49,556 bases of DNA, from assembly GCA_964230605.1 (NCBI GenBank), contig CAXRIN010000032.1, positions 1 to 49,556 on the forward strand, written 5' to 3'. This DNA is from Flavobacteriaceae bacterium (GTDB taxonomy: Bacteria; Bacteroidota; Bacteroidia; Flavobacteriales_C; GCA-002722245). This document shows, in pieces, positions 19,160-31,200 of the stretch (within the stretch, counting starts at the first letter, position 1; each line of letters begins with the position of its first letter). A model generated the notes under the pieces. The model saw nothing but the letters and a program-made list of their open reading frames with translations, did not search any database and had not been told where the DNA came from. Position numbers and translations under genes: made by a program.

Positions 19160-19459
19160 ATGAAAGTTAAAGTAAGTTCATTGCATTTTACTGCAGACCA
19201 AAAGTTAATTGATTTCGCAAACGACAAAGTAAGTAAACTTGAAAAGTTTTACGATAAGATAATTGATGGAAGTATCGTGTTCAGATTAGATAACGCAGAA
19301 GACAAAGAAAATAAAGTAACAGAAATTAAAATAAATATTCCAGGTAAGGAATTGTTCGCTAAAAAACAAAGCGATTCTTTTGAAAAGGCTGTTGATGAAG
19401 CAGTTGAGGCTTTACGAAGACAGATCAAAAAGCATAAGGAAAAGCTTGTTTCAGCATAG
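19160..19459 (+). CDS. hpf: Ribosome hibernation promoting factor HPF/RaiA
   Basis: HFTADQKLIDF..KVSKLEKFYD..FEKAVDEAVEALRRQIKKHKEK. Confidence 0.92.
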   Translation: MKVKVSSLHFTADQKLIDFANDKVSKLEKFYDKIIDGSIVFRLDNAEDKENKVTEIKINIPGKELFAKKQSDSFEKAVDEAVEALRRQIKKHKEKLVSA

Positions 19460-19506
19460 TAGAAAAAAAAAGTTTAAAAAATTGTTTTTCGTAATAATTT
19501 TATTCA

Positions 19507-19514
19507 TACATTTG
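19507..19514 (+). promoter_or_regulatory. -7 promoter box of the tRNA-tuf operon
   Basis: TACATTTG(CA) matches TAnnTTTG, about 50 nt upstream of the first tRNA. Confidence 0.7.
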
Positions 19515-19515
19515 C

Positions 19516-19541
19516 AGACCCTTAATCAAGGGTCTTTTTTT
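19516..19541 (+). terminator. Terminator hairpin overlapping the predicted tRNA-operon start site
   Basis: AGACCCTT-AATC-AAGGGTCT followed by a T-run. Confidence 0.65.
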
Positions 19542-19565
19542 GACCAAGATTAGGGAGATAAATAA

Positions 19566-19639
19566 GCCGATGTAGCTCAGCTGGCTAGAGCAGCTGATTT
19601 GTAATCAGCAGGTCGTGGGTTCGAGTCCCTCCATCGGCT
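19566..19639 (+). tRNA. tRNA-Thr (TGT)
   Basis: Cloverleaf with acceptor GCCGATG/CATCGGC, anticodon arm GCTGA-TTTGTAA-TCAGC, T-loop TTCGAGT. Confidence 0.96.
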
Positions 19640-19678
19640 CTTAGTTCTTTAAAAGACTTTACATTATTTATCGGTTTT

Positions 19679-19760
19679 GGGGAGATACTCAAGCGGTCAA
19701 CGAGGGCAGACTGTAAATCTGCTGGCTACGCCTTCGTAGGTTCGAATCCTGCTCTCCCCA
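19679..19760 (+). tRNA. tRNA-Tyr (GTA)
   Basis: Acceptor GGGGAGA/TCTCCCC, anticodon arm GCAGA-CTGTAAA-TCTGC, long variable arm. Confidence 0.96.
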
Positions 19761-19812
19761 CTATTGCCTTTACCGGTATCAAGTGTTTTACACTTGGGTA
19801 AAAAGAAATTAG

Positions 19813-19886
19813 GCGGGAATAGCTCAGTTGGCTAGAGCGTCAGCCTTCCAAGCTGAGGGTCGTGGGTTCGAGTCCCATTTCCCGCT
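19813..19886 (+). tRNA. tRNA-Gly (TCC)
   Basis: Acceptor GCGGGAA/TTCCCGC, anticodon arm TCAGC-CTTCCAA-GCTGA. Confidence 0.96.
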
Positions 19887-19913
19887 CTTTTTTTCTTTTT
19901 AACATTGGTTTAA

Positions 19914-19985
19914 GCCGATGTAGCTCAGGGGTAGAGCGTTTCCTTGGTAAGGAAGAGGTCACGGGTTCAAATCCCGTCATTGGCT
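19914..19985 (+). tRNA. tRNA-Thr (GGT)
   Basis: Acceptor GCCGATG/CATTGGC, anticodon loop TTGGTAA, T-loop TTCAAAT. Confidence 0.95.
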
Positions 19986-20030
19986 CGTATAAATTGTGTT
20001 TTATTATTAATAAATTAAATTAAACTAATC

Positions 20031-21218
20031 ATGGCTAAGGAAAGTTTTCAAAGGTCAAAGCCGCACTTAAATGTTGGTACTATCGGTCACGTTGACCACG
20101 GTAAAACAACTTTAACTGCTGCAATTACAAAAGTATTAGCAGAAGTAACTGGAGCAGAAGTAAGAGATTTCGATACAATTGATAACGCTCCTGAAGAAAA
20201 GGAGAGAGGTATTACTATCAATACTTCGCACGTTGAGTACGAAACAGAAACAAGACACTACGCTCACGTTGACTGTCCAGGTCACGCCGATTACGTAAAG
20301 AACATGGTAACTGGTGCTGCTCAAATGGATGGTGCTATTTTAGTTGTTGCTGCAACTGATGGTCCTATGCCACAGACTAGAGAGCACATCTTATTAGGAA
20401 GACAAGTTGGTGTTCCAGAAATCGTTGTTTTCTTGAATAAAGTTGACATGGTTGATGATGAGGAGTTATTAGAGTTAGTTGAAATGGAGGTAAGAGAATT
20501 ACTTTCTTTTTATGACTATGATGGTGATAACGCTGCTGTTGTTCAAGGTTCTGCTTTAGGAGCATTAAACGGAGAGCCTAAGTGGGTTGATACTGTAAAA
20601 GAATTAATGGCTGCTGTTGATGAAAAAATTCCTCAACCAGAAAGAGATACTGAAAAGCCATTCTTAATGCCTGTTGAAGATGTATTCTCAATTACTGGTC
20701 GTGGAACTGTTGCTACAGGATCTATAGAGACTGGTGTTATCACTGTTGGTGATGAGATTGAAATCGTAGGTATGCAAGACGAAAAAATGACTTCTACTTG
20801 TACTGGAGTTGAGATGTTCAGAAAGTTATTAGACAGAGGAGAAGCTGGTGATAACGTTGGACTTTTAATGAGAGGTATCGATAAAGAACAAATCAAGAGA
20901 GGTATGGTAATCTGTAAGCCAGGTTCAATCCAACCTCACAAAAAGTTCAAGGCAGAGGTGTATATCTTGAAAAAAGAAGAAGGTGGTAGACATACTCCTT
21001 TCCAAAACAAGTACCGTCCTCAGTTCTACTTAAGAACTCTTGATGTTACAGGTGAGATTTATTTACCAGAAGGAACTGAAATGGTTATGCCTGGTGATAA
21101 CTTAACTATTGAAGTGAACTTAATCGTACCAGTTGCAGTAAACAAAGGTTTACGTTTCGCTATCAGAGAAGGTGGAAGAACTGTTGGTGCAGGTCAAGTT
21201 ACTGAAATCATTGAGTAA
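20031..21218 (+). CDS. tuf: Elongation factor Tu
   Basis: [31 protein letters not shown]. Confidence 0.99.
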   Translation: MAKESFQRSKPHLNVGTIGHVDHGKTTLTAAITKVLAEVTGAEVRDFDTIDNAPEEKERGITINTSHVEYETETRHYAHVDCPGHADYVKNMVTGAAQMDGAILVVAATDGPMPQTREHILLGRQVGVPEIVVFLNKVDMVDDEELLELVEMEVRELLSFYDYDGDNAAVVQGSALGALNGEPKWVDTVKELMAAVDEKIPQPERDTEKPFLMPVEDVFSITGRGTVATGSIETGVITVGDEIEIVGMQDEKMTSTCTGVEMFRKLLDRGEAGDNVGLLMRGIDKEQIKRGMVICKPGSIQPHKKFKAEVYILKKEEGGRHTPFQNKYRPQFYLRTLDVTGEIYLPEGTEMVMPGDNLTIEVNLIVPVAVNKGLRFAIREGGRTVGAGQVTEIIE

Positions 21219-21242
21219 GATTTAAGATTCAAACCTTATAAA

Positions 21243-21274
21243 AAAGGTGCCTAGGTTTCTGGGCACCTTTCTTT
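21243..21274 (+). terminator. Hairpin after tuf (terminator or processing site)
   Basis: AAAGGTGCCTAG-GTTT-CTGGGCACCTTT followed by CTTT. Confidence 0.65.
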
Positions 21275-21296
21275 ACAAATAAGGTTTTTGATATCT

Positions 21297-21369
21297 ACGG
21301 GAGTAGCTCAGTTGGTAGAGCACTGGTCTCCAAAACCAGCGGTCGGGAGTTCGAGCCTCTCCTCCCGTG
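21297..21369 (+). tRNA. tRNA-Trp (CCA)
   Basis: Acceptor ACGGGAG/CTCCCGT, anticodon arm CTGGT-CTCCAAA-ACCAG; tuf-trpT-secE context. Confidence 0.96.
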
Positions 21370-21387
21370 CTAGAAAAAAGATTTAAA

Positions 21388-21576
21388 GTGGAAAAATTAA
21401 AAGTTTATTTGCGTGACGTTGTAATTGAGTTGAAGGAAAAAACAACTTGGCCAACGTTTAAGCAACTTCAAAAAGATGCTCTTCTTGTTTTAGGAGCTTC
21501 TGTTGTTTTCGCTTTGGTTATTAAAGTAATGAATTTGGTGTTCGAGAAGCTGATGGACATCATTTATAACCTTTAA
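21388..21576 (+). CDS. secE: Preprotein translocase subunit SecE
   Basis: ELKEKTTWPT followed by a TM helix. GTG 21388 is preferred because the ORF-track start at 21367 overlaps the tRNA. Confidence 0.92.
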   Translation: MEKLKVYLRDVVIELKEKTTWPTFKQLQKDALLVLGASVVFALVIKVMNLVFEKLMDIIYNL

Positions 21577-21587
21577 TCTTAGTTTTT

Positions 21588-22148
21588 ATGGCTGAGGCAA
21601 AAAATAGTGATATTGTTCTAAAATGGTACGTTGTTCGTGCCATTAGTGGAAAAGAAAAGAAAGTAAGGGATTATATCGAGCATGAAATCAAGGCTGCTGA
21701 TCTTGAGGATTATGTAAAACAGATTTTAATTCCTACCGAAAAGGTTTATCAAATTAGAAACGGAAAGAAAATTTCTAAGGAAAGAAGTTTCTTCCCAGGG
21801 TATATTTTGATTGAAGCCGCTTTAGTTGGTGAGGTTCCTCACGTAATAAAAAATGTTACGGGAGTAATTGGTTTCTTAGGGGATAAGCAAAACAATCCTG
21901 TTCCGCTAAGACCTGCTGAAGTAAATAGAATTTTAGGAAAAGTTGACGAGTTAGCTGAGAGCGAAGAGGAAATGAATATTCCTTACGTTGTTGGTGAAAC
22001 AGTTAAAGTTATAGATGGACCTTTCAACTCATTCTCAGGAATCATTGAAGATATCGATGAAGTGAAGAAGAAGTTAAAGGTTATGGTTAAGATTTTCGGA
22101 AGAAAGACTCCTCTAGAACTGAATTTTATGCAGGTTGAAAAGGAGTAA
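21588..22148 (+). CDS. nusG: Transcription termination/antitermination factor NusG
   Basis: WYVVRAISGKE, FFPGYILI, KOW motif DGPF..IFGRKTPLEL. Confidence 0.98.
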   Translation: MAEAKNSDIVLKWYVVRAISGKEKKVRDYIEHEIKAADLEDYVKQILIPTEKVYQIRNGKKISKERSFFPGYILIEAALVGEVPHVIKNVTGVIGFLGDKQNNPVPLRPAEVNRILGKVDELAESEEEMNIPYVVGETVKVIDGPFNSFSGIIEDIDEVKKKLKVMVKIFGRKTPLELNFMQVEKE

Positions 22149-22173
22149 TTGTTGTTAATTAATTTACTTAGAA

Positions 22174-22611
22174 ATGGCTAAGGAAGTAACAGGTATCATT
22201 AAATTACAGATCAAAGGTGGAGCGGCTAATCCGTCACCTCCAGTTGGTCCTGCACTTGGTGCTAATGGTGTTAACATCATGGAGTTCTGTAAAGCGTTCA
22301 ACGCAAGAACTCAGGATAAGGCTGGGAAAGTAATTCCTACGATTATTACTGTTTATTCTGACAGATCATTTGACTTTATTTTAAAAGAGCCACCAGTTGC
22401 TGTGCAAATTATGGAGACTCTTAAATTAAAGAAAGGATCATCAGAACCTAACAGAACAAAAGTTGGGAAGTTAACTTGGGAACAAGTTGAAGAAATTGCA
22501 AAAGGGAAAATGAGTGACTTAAATGCTTTCACTATTCCGTCAGCTATGAAAATAGTTGCAGGTACAGCAAGAAGTATGGGGGTTACAGTTGATGGAGATT
22601 TTCCTTATTAA
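22174..22611 (+). CDS. rplK: 50S ribosomal protein uL11
   Basis: [28 protein letters not shown]. Confidence 0.99.
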   Translation: MAKEVTGIIKLQIKGGAANPSPPVGPALGANGVNIMEFCKAFNARTQDKAGKVIPTIITVYSDRSFDFILKEPPVAVQIMETLKLKKGSSEPNRTKVGKLTWEQVEEIAKGKMSDLNAFTIPSAMKIVAGTARSMGVTVDGDFPY

Positions 22612-22632
22612 AAAAATTATTAATTATTAATT

Positions 22633-23325
22633 ATGGCTAAACTTAGTAAAAACCGGAAGGCAGCTTTAGCAAAGTACAATGTTGATGAATTGTACAGCTT
22701 AGACAAAGCAGCCGAGATCGTAAAGGATATTACTACTTCTAAGTTTGATGCATCTTTTGATGTTGATGTACGCTTGGGTGTTGATCCTAGAAAAGCTAAC
22801 CAAATGGTTAGAGGTATAGCTACGTTACCTCACGGAACCGGGAAAGAGGTAAGAGTTCTTGTTTTATGTACTCCTGATAAAGTTCAAGAGGCGTTAGATG
22901 CTGGTGCAGAATACGCTGGATTGGATGAGTATGTAGAAAAGATAAAAGGTGGTTGGACCGATATTGATGTTATTATCACTATGCCTGCTTGTATGGGTAA
23001 AGTTGGTGCTTTAGGTAGAGTTTTAGGACCTAGAGGTTTAATGCCAAACCCCAAAGCTGGAACTGTTACAATGGATGTTGCTAAAGCAGTAACTGAAGTT
23101 AAAGCAGGAAAGATTGATTTTAAAGTTGACAAATATGGTATTATCCATGCATCAGCTGGTAAAGTTTCTTTCGAGGCAGATAAGTTGGTAGATAACGTAA
23201 AAGAATTGATGTCAGTAATCAATAAACTTAAACCTTCGGCTGCTAAAGGTACTTATGTTAAGAGTTTAACAGTATCTAGTACGCAAAGTCCAGGTGTTAA
23301 GGTTGATACTAAATCATTCAACTAA
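22633..23325 (+). CDS. rplA: 50S ribosomal protein uL1
   Basis: [32 protein letters not shown]. Confidence 0.99.
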   Translation: MAKLSKNRKAALAKYNVDELYSLDKAAEIVKDITTSKFDASFDVDVRLGVDPRKANQMVRGIATLPHGTGKEVRVLVLCTPDKVQEALDAGAEYAGLDEYVEKIKGGWTDIDVIITMPACMGKVGALGRVLGPRGLMPNPKAGTVTMDVAKAVTEVKAGKIDFKVDKYGIIHASAGKVSFEADKLVDNVKELMSVINKLKPSAAKGTYVKSLTVSSTQSPGVKVDTKSFN

Positions 23326-23380
23326 AAACGCTGTTACACGCTTCCAAATAAATTATTTCTCTAATTATTAGATCAAAAAC

Positions 23381-23902
23381 ATGAACAGAGAAGACAAAAA
23401 TCAAGTGATTGCAGATCTTAAGGTAAAGCTTGAGGCTAATCCTCATTTTTACTTGACAGATATTTCTGAGATGACTGTTGAGGATTCTAATAAACTGAGA
23501 GGTGCTTTTCATGAACAAGGTATCAGAATTGAAGTTGTTAAAAACACATTATTAAAGAAGGCCATGGAAGCTGCTGAGGCAGATTACTCACCTCTTTATG
23601 ATGTCCTTAAAGGATCAACTTCGATTATGTTCACTGAAGTAGGAAATGTTCCTGCCAAGGTTATCGAAAAGTTCAGAAAAAGCAGTGAAAAACCGATCTT
23701 AAAGGGTGCTTACGTTGAAGAGAGCGTATACATTGGTGATGATCAAGTTAAGGTTCTTAGCTCTATTAAGTCTAAGGATGAGCTTATCGGAGATATCATC
23801 GGATTGTTACAATCTCCTGCTAAAAACGTTATTAGCGGTCTTAAGGGAAGTGGATCTAAACTTTCAGGAATCCTTAAAACGTTGTCTGAGAAGGCAAACT
23901 AG
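23381..23902 (+). CDS. rplJ: 50S ribosomal protein uL10
   Basis: VVKNTLL motif; position between rplA and rplL. Confidence 0.97.
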   Translation: MNREDKNQVIADLKVKLEANPHFYLTDISEMTVEDSNKLRGAFHEQGIRIEVVKNTLLKKAMEAAEADYSPLYDVLKGSTSIMFTEVGNVPAKVIEKFRKSSEKPILKGAYVEESVYIGDDQVKVLSSIKSKDELIGDIIGLLQSPAKNVISGLKGSGSKLSGILKTLSEKAN

Positions 23903-23950
23903 AATTATTATTAATTAGAATTTTTATCAATTTTTTAAAAGCTTAGAAAA

Positions 23951-24331
23951 ATGGCTGATTTAAAAGAATTTGCAGAACAGTTAGTAAACTTAACAGTTAA
24001 AGAAGTAAACGAACTAGCTGATATTTTAAAAGAAGAGTATGGAATCGAACCAGCTGCTGCTGCAGTTGCTGTAGCTGCAGGAGGTGGTGCTGAAGGTGGT
24101 GCTGATGCTGCTGCTGAGCAAACTGAGTTCGACGTAATCCTTAAGTCTGCTGGTGCATCTAAATTAGGAGTTGTAAAACTTGTTAAAGAGATTACTGGTT
24201 TAGGATTAAAAGAAGCTAAAGGTGTTGTTGACGGTGCACCTGCTCCAGTAAAAGAAGGAGTAGCTAAAGAAGAAGCTGAAAGCATCAAAGCTCAATTAGA
24301 AGAGGCTGGTGCTGAGGTTGAATTAAAATAA
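23951..24331 (+). CDS. rplL: 50S ribosomal protein bL12
   Basis: Ala/Gly-rich hinge, [17 protein letters not shown]. Confidence 0.99.
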   Translation: MADLKEFAEQLVNLTVKEVNELADILKEEYGIEPAAAAVAVAAGGGAEGGADAAAEQTEFDVILKSAGASKLGVVKLVKEITGLGLKEAKGVVDGAPAPVKEGVAKEEAESIKAQLEEAGAEVELK

Positions 24332-24346
24332 TTCGACATCAAAATT

Positions 24347-24393
24347 AAAAGGGTTAGTACCAATTCCTTAATGGGATTGGTCTAACCCATTTT
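24347..24393 (+). terminator. Attenuator-like hairpin between rplL and rpoB
   Basis: GGGTTAG(T)ACCAATTCC-TTAAT-GGGATTGGTCTAACCC followed by ATTTT. Confidence 0.6.
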
Positions 24394-24433
24394 GTGATTT
24401 AACACTATTGTTTTATAACAAACTCCTTTATTT

Positions 24434-27400
24434 ATGTCTGAATTGACTAAATTTCCACAAAGGATCAATTTCGCTGACGCAAAAGCGCGTCCGGAATATC
24501 CTGACTTTTTAGAAGTTCAATTGAAATCTTTCAAAGACTTCTTCCAGTTCGAGACTACTCCAGAAAACAGAGAGTCGGAGGGACTTTTTAAAGTTTTTGC
24601 TGAAAACTTTCCAATTACTGATGCGAGAAATCAATTCGTATTAGAATTTTTAGATTATTTTGTTGATCCACCAAGGTATACTATTGAAGAGTGTATCCAA
24701 AGGGGTCTTACCTATAGTGTTCCACTTAAGGCAAAATTGAAATTATATTGTACTGACGAAGAGCATGAAGATTTCGAAACTATCGTGCAGGACGTTTACT
24801 TAGGTACAATTCCTTATATGACACCGAAAGGTACTTTCGTGATTAATGGTGCTGAGCGAGTTATTGTTTCTCAATTACATAGATCACCAGGTGTATTCTT
24901 TGGTCAATCTAGACATGCTAACGGTACGAAATTGTATTCTGCGAGAATTATTCCTTTTAAAGGATCGTGGATTGAGTTCGCTACTGATATAAACAGTGTA
25001 ATGTATGCTTACATCGATCGTAAGAAAAAATTGCCTGTTACGACTTTATTAAGAGCAATTGGTTATGAATCTGATAAAGACTTATTAGAGATCTTTAACC
25101 TTGCTGATGAAGTTAAAATCAATAAGAAGAACTTAAAGGCTGCAGTTGGAAGAAAATTAGCTGCAAGAATTTTAAGAAGCTGGGTTGAAGATTTCGTAGA
25201 TGAAGATACTGGTGAAGTTGTTTCAATTGAAAGAAATGAAATCATTATTGATAGAGAAACTGTTATTGAGGAAAGTCACTTAGAACTAATTAAGGATTCT
25301 GGTGCAAAAACTATCTTATTACATAAAGAAGATACTTCAACTGCTGATTTTGCTATTATCTACAACACTTTACAGAAAGATACTTCTAACTCTGAGAAAG
25401 AAGCAGTAGAGCACATTTACCGTGTTTTACGTAACGCTGAACCACCAGATATGGAGACTGCAAGAGGAGTAATTGATAAATTATTCTTCTCTGATTCAAG
25501 ATATGATCTTGGAGAGGTAGGTAGATATAGAATTAATAAGAAATTAGGTAATGACATGTCTGAAGAGTCAAGAGTATTGACTAGAGAGGATATCATTTCC
25601 ATCATAAAGTACTTAATTGAATTAATTAACGCTAAAGCGGAGATTGATGATATTGACCACTTATCAAACAGACGTGTTAGAACTGTTGGTGAACAGTTGT
25701 ATTCTCAGTTCGGTGTTGGTTTAGCTAGAATGGCTAGAACTATCCGTGAGAGAATGAATGTTAGAGATAACGAGGTATTTACAGCAACTGATTTGATCAA
25801 TGCTAAGACTTTATCTTCTGTTATCAACTCATTCTTTGGAACTAACCAACTTTCTCAGTTTATGGATCAAACGAATCCATTAGCTGAAATAACAAACAAA
25901 CGTCGTTTATCAGCTTTAGGACCAGGCGGTTTATCTAGGGAAAGAGCTGGTTTCGAGGTTCGTGATGTTCACTATACGCACTACGGAAGACTTTGTACAA
26001 TTGAGACTCCTGAAGGACCGAATATTGGTTTGATTTCGTCTCTTTGTGTATATGCAAAAATCAACCGTCTAGGATTTATTGAAACTCCTTACAGAAAGGT
26101 TGAAAATGGTAAAGTAGATTTAAATAAGTTTGAATACTACTCTGCGGAAGAGGAAGAAGGTAGACTTATCGCTCAAGCAAATGCAGCTTTAAATGATGAT
26201 GGAACTTTCAAAAACAATGCTGTTAAAGCTAGATTAGAAGCTGATTATCCAATCGTAGAACCAACAGATATTACGATGATGGATGTTGCTCCTAACCAAA
26301 TTGCTTCCATAGCGGCCTCGTTAATTCCTTTCTTAGAGCATGATGATGCGAACCGTGCGTTGATGGGATCGAACATGATGCGTCAAGCAGTTCCATTGTT
26401 AAGTCCTCAAGCTCCAATCGTAGGTACTGGTTTAGAGAAACAAGTTGCTAGAGATTCTAGAGTTTTAATTAACGCTGAAGGTGAAGGTGTTGTTGAGTAT
26501 GTGGATGCAAACGAAATTCATATTAGATATAACAGAACTGAAGCTCAAAAATTAGTCTCTTTTGAAGATGATTTAAAAGTTTACCAATTAGTTAAGTTCA
26601 AGAAAACTAACCAAGGGACTTGTATCAACTTGAAGCCTATTGTACAAAAAGGTGAAAAAGTTGAAGAAGGTCAAGTGTTATGTGAAGGTTATGCAACTGA
26701 AAAAGGTGAATTAGCTATTGGTCGTAACTTGAAGGTAGCTTTTATGCCTTGGAAAGGATATAACTTCGAGGATGCAATTGTAATCTCTGAGAAAGTTGTA
26801 AAAGAAGATATTTACACTTCTGTTCATATCGAGGAGTTTATCATGCAGGTTAGAGACACTAAGCGAGGTTTAGAAGAGTTGACTGCTGATATTCCAAATG
26901 TTTCTGAAGATGCTACTAAGGATCTTGATGAAAATGGTATGATTAGAGTTGGTGCCGAAGTTAAAGAAGGTGATATCCTTATTGGTAAGATTACTCCGAA
27001 GGGAGAAACTGATCCAACTCCTGAAGAAAAATTATTAAGAGCAATTTTTGGAGATAAAGCTGGAGATGTTAAAGATGCTTCATTGAAAGTATCTCCATCT
27101 GTTCAGGGTGTTGTTATCGATAAGTTGTTATTCTCTAGGGCTATTAAAGACAGAAAGTCAAGAGCTGAGGAGAAAAACTTGGTTGCTAAATTAGAAGAAG
27201 AATACAAGAAGAATCTTGGTGAAGTAAAAGGTATTTTACTTGACAAGCTTTGGAAAATTGTTGAAGGTAAAACTTCAACTGGAGTATTCAACCTTTATAA
27301 AGAAGAATTAATTGGTAAAGGATCTAAGTTTACTAAGAAATCTTTAGCGGATATCGATTATGATAACGTTAATCCAATGAATTGGACAAAAGATGAGGAA

Positions 27401-28243
27401 GTAAACGATATGATTAAGCGTTTAATTCACAACTTTAACATTAAGGCTTCTGATATATTAGGTGCTCACAAGCGTAAAAAGTTCGCGATTACTGTTGGTG
27501 ATGAGTTACCGCAAGGTATCGTTAAGTTAGCTAAGGTTTATTTAGCTAAAAAGAGAAAGCTTAAAGTAGGAGATAAAATGGCTGGTCGTCACGGTAATAA
27601 AGGTATCGTTGCGAGAATCGTAAGAGAGGAAGATATGCCTTTCTTAGAAGATGGAACTCCAGTTGATATCGTTCTTAACCCACTAGGGGTACCTTCTCGT
27701 ATGAACTTAGGACAGATTTACGAAACTGTACTTGCTTGGGCAGGAGAGAAGTTAGGAATGAAGTTCGCTACTCCAATTTTTGATGGTGCATCTTTAGCAC
27801 AAATTAAAGAGTATACAGACAAAGCTGGTATAGCAGAAAATGGTCAGACATACCTTTATGATGGAGGTACTGGAGAGCGTTTCGATCAACCTGCAACAGT
27901 TGGTATTATTTATATGCTTAAGCTAGGTCACTTGGTTGATGATAAGATGCATGCTCGTTCTATCGGACCATACTCATTAATTACGCAACAACCATTAGGA
28001 GGTAAAGCTCAGTTTGGAGGTCAGCGTTTTGGAGAAATGGAAGTTTGGGCGCTTGAAGCATTTGGAGCAGCTAATATTCTTCGTGAGATCTTAACTGTTA
28101 AGTCTGATGACGTTTACGGTAGAGCTAAAGCTTACGAGGCTATTGTTAAAGGTGAACCAATGCCAGAGCCAGGTATTCCAGAATCGTTTAACGTATTGTT
28201 ACACGAGCTTCAAGGGTTAGGTCTTAACATTACGTTAGGATAA
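24434..28243 (+). CDS. rpoB: RNA polymerase beta subunit
   Basis: [38 protein letters not shown]. Confidence 0.99.
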   Translation: MSELTKFPQRINFADAKARPEYPDFLEVQLKSFKDFFQFETTPENRESEGLFKVFAENFPITDARNQFVLEFLDYFVDPPRYTIEECIQRGLTYSVPLKAKLKLYCTDEEHEDFETIVQDVYLGTIPYMTPKGTFVINGAERVIVSQLHRSPGVFFGQSRHANGTKLYSARIIPFKGSWIEFATDINSVMYAYIDRKKKLPVTTLLRAIGYESDKDLLEIFNLADEVKINKKNLKAAVGRKLAARILRSWVEDFVDEDTGEVVSIERNEIIIDRETVIEESHLELIKDSGAKTILLHKEDTSTADFAIIYNTLQKDTSNSEKEAVEHIYRVLRNAEPPDMETARGVIDKLFFSDSRYDLGEVGRYRINKKLGNDMSEESRVLTREDIISIIKYLIELINAKAEIDDIDHLSNRRVRTVGEQLYSQFGVGLARMARTIRERMNVRDNEVFTATDLINAKTLSSVINSFFGTNQLSQFMDQTNPLAEITNKRRLSALGPGGLSRERAGFEVRDVHYTHYGRLCTIETPEGPNIGLISSLCVYAKINRLGFIETPYRKVENGKVDLNKFEYYSAEEEEGRLIAQANAALNDDGTFKNNAVKARLEADYPIVEPTDITMMDVAPNQIASIAASLIPFLEHDDANRALMGSNMMRQAVPLLSPQAPIVGTGLEKQVARDSRVLINAEGEGVVEYVDANEIHIRYNRTEAQKLVSFEDDLKVYQLVKFKKTNQGTCINLKPIVQKGEKVEEGQVLCEGYATEKGELAIGRNLKVAFMPWKGYNFEDAIVISEKVVKEDIYTSVHIEEFIMQVRDTKRGLEELTADIPNVSEDATKDLDENGMIRVGAEVKEGDILIGKITPKGETDPTPEEKLLRAIFGDKAGDVKDASLKVSPSVQGVVIDKLLFSRAIKDRKSRAEEKNLVAKLEEEYKKNLGEVKGILLDKLWKIVEGKTSTGVFNLYKEELIGKGSKFTKKSLADIDYDNVNPMNWTKDEEVNDMIKRLIHNFNIKASDILGAHKRKKFAITVGDELPQGIVKLAKVYLAKKRKLKVGDKMAGRHGNKGIVARIVREEDMPFLEDGTPVDIVLNPLGVPSRMNLGQIYETVLAWAGEKLGMKFATPIFDGASLAQIKEYTDKAGIAENGQTYLYDGGTGERFDQPATVGIIYMLKLGHLVDDKMHARSIGPYSLITQQPLGGKAQFGGQRFGEMEVWALEAFGAANILREILTVKSDDVYGRAKAYEAIVKGEPMPEPGIPESFNVLLHELQGLGLNITLG

Positions 28244-28285
28244 TCCGAGTAACTGATTTTTTGTTGAATTTATTATCGTATTACG

Positions 28286-31200
28286 ATGGCATATAGAAAA
28301 AATGTAAAAACTCCACCAAAATTTGATAAGATCACTATTAGCTTATCATCTCCAGAACAGATTTTAGATCGTTCAAGCGGTGAGGTTATTAAACCAGAGA
28401 CAATTAACTACAGAACTTATAAGCCTGAAAGAGATGGTTTATTCTGTGAGCGTATTTTCGGTCCTGTAAAAGACTGGGAATGTCACTGTGGAAAGTATAA
28501 GAGAATTCGTTACAAAGGAATAGTTTGTGACAGATGTGGAGTAGAGGTAACTGAGAAGAAAGTACGTAGAGAGAGAATGGGACACATTCAATTAGTTGTT
28601 CCTGTCGCTCACATTTGGTACTTCAGATCTTTACCTAACAAAATGGGTTACTTATTGGGATTACCTACTAAGAAGTTAGACATGATTATCTACTACGAGA
28701 GATATGTAGTTGTTAATCCAGGTATTGCTAATAACAAAGATGGAGAACCTTTAGCTTATTTAGATTTCTTAACAGAGGAAGAGTATTTAGATGTTTTAGA
28801 TACTTTACCTGCTGAGAATCAGTATTTGGATAATGAAGATCCTAATAAATTTATCGCAGCGATGGGTGCTGAAGCACTTGAGTTGTTATTAAAGAGATTA
28901 GATCTTGATGCATTATCTTACGAGTTAAGACATAAAGCAAATACTGAAACTTCTCAACAAAGAAAAGCGGAGGCTCTTAAGAGACTTCAAGTTGTTGAAG
29001 CATTCAGATCAGCTAACAAGCACATTGAGAACCGTCCTGAGTGGATGATTATTAAAGTGGTTCCTGTAATTCCGCCAGAATTACGTCCATTAGTTCCATT
29101 AGATGGTGGTCGTTTTGCGACATCTGATTTAAATGACCTTTACAGAAGAGTTATTATCAGAAACAACCGTTTAAAGAGATTAATTGAAATCAAAGCACCT
29201 GAAGTAATCTTACGTAATGAAAAGCGTATGTTACAGGAAGCTGTTGATTCATTATTTGATAACTCAAGAAAAGCTAACGCTGTTAAAACTGATGCTAACA
29301 GAGCTTTAAAATCTTTATCTGATTCCTTAAAAGGTAAGTCAGGACGTTTCCGTCAGAACTTATTAGGGAAAAGGGTTGATTATTCTGCTCGTTCGGTAAT
29401 TATCGTTGGACCAACGTTGAAGTTACATGAGTGTGGTTTACCTAAGAACATGGCTGCAGAACTTTATAAGCCTTTCATCATTAGAAAGATGATTGAAAGA
29501 GGAATTGTAAAGACTGTTAAGTCTGCTAAGAAAATGGTAGATAAGAAAGATCCTGTAGTATGGGATATTCTTGAAAATGTTTTAAAAGGGCATCCAGTTC
29601 TTTTAAACAGGGCCCCTACTCTTCACAGATTAGGTATTCAAGCATTCCAGCCTAAACTTATTGAAGGTAAAGCAATTCAGTTACATCCATTAGCTTGTTC
29701 TGCATTCAACGCCGATTTCGATGGGGATCAAATGGCGGTTCATTTACCATTAGGTAATGCAGCAATTTTGGAGGCTCAAATGTTAATGTTAGCTTCTCAC
29801 AATATCTTAAACCCTGCTAATGGTGAGCCAATCGCTGTACCATCTCAGGATATGGTATTAGGTTTATATTACATTACAAAAGAGAAGAAAAGTACAAAGC
29901 AAGAGCCTGTTAAAGGTGAGGGTATGACATTCTACTCTTCTGAAGAAGTTATCATTGCTCTTAATGAAAAAGCTGTTGACATGCATGCTTGTATCAAAGT
30001 AAAAGCAACAGTTAGAGAAGATGAGCAGTTAGTTGAAAAGATTATTGAAACAACCGCAGGTAGAGTTTTATTTAACCAAGATACTCCTAAGGCTGTTGGA
30101 TTTATTAATAAGCTATTAACTAAGAAAGAGTTGAAGAAAGTAATTTCTGAGGTTATTAGAATCACAGGAATGGCTGAAGCTGCAGATTTCTTGGATAAAA
30201 TTAAAGAGAGAGGATTCATCAATGCATTTAGAGGTGGATTATCATTCTCGTTAAACGACGTAGTTATACCTGAAGCAAAAGCAAAATTAATTGCTGAAGC
30301 TGAAGAGAAGGTTGAGGAGATTAAGAACAACTATAACATGGGATTCATTACTAATAATGAACGATACAACCAGGTTATTGATGTTTGGGGTAGAACTAAT
30401 GTTGAGTTAACTGAAGTATTAATGCAACAGCTTGAGGAAGATAAGCAAGGGTTTAACTCGGTATATATGATGTACCATTCGGGTGCTCGTGGATCTAAAG
30501 AACAGATTCGTCAGTTATCAGGAATGAGGGGATTAATGGCTAAGCCACAAAAATCTGGAGCTACAACTCAAGCGGTAATCGAAAACCCAATTATCTCTAA
30601 CTTTAAAGAAGGGCTTTCAATTCTTGAGTACTTTATTTCTACTCACGGTGCTCGTAAAGGTCTTGCCGATACAGCTCTTAAAACGGCAGATGCTGGTTAC
30701 TTAACAAGACGTTTAGTTGATGTTGCACAAGATGTTGTTGTAACTGAAATTGATTGTGGTACATTAAGAGGTTTAGAGACTTCTGCATTAATGAAAGATG
30801 ATGAAGTTGTTGAATCATTAGCTGCAAGAATTGAAGGTAGAACATCTGTGCATGACGTAGTTCATCCACAAACAGGAGATCTATTAGTTGGTGCTGGAGA
30901 GGAAATAACTGCTAATGTTGCTGCTGCTATTGACGAATCACCTGTTGATTCAGTTGAAATAAGATCTGCGCTTACTTGTGAGTCAGAGAAGGGTATTTGT
31001 GCTAAATGTTATGGTAGAAACCTTGCATCTGGTAGAGTGGTTAAACCAGGAGAAGCTGTTGGTGTTATTGCAGCACAGTCAATTGGTGAACCAGGTACCC
31101 AGTTAACTCTTAGAACGTTCCACGTTGGGGGTACTGCCTCTACTTCATCAACCGATAACAAGAACATCGTTAAATATGATGGTTTACTTGAAATCGATGA

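Noticed and set aside
19780-19796. CAAGTGT-TTT-ACACTTG hairpin between tRNA-Tyr and tRNA-Gly
   Set aside because: A short spacer hairpin, probably ordinary precursor structure, with no evidence of a separate element.
18278-19985. Tyrosine recombinase near tRNAs as a prophage or island integrase
   Set aside because: XerC-like size and motifs in housekeeping rpsU-xerC-hpf context; no att duplication or cargo genes.
23326-23380. L10 leader riboregulator
   Set aside because: The gap is only 55 nt and I could not identify the consensus structure.
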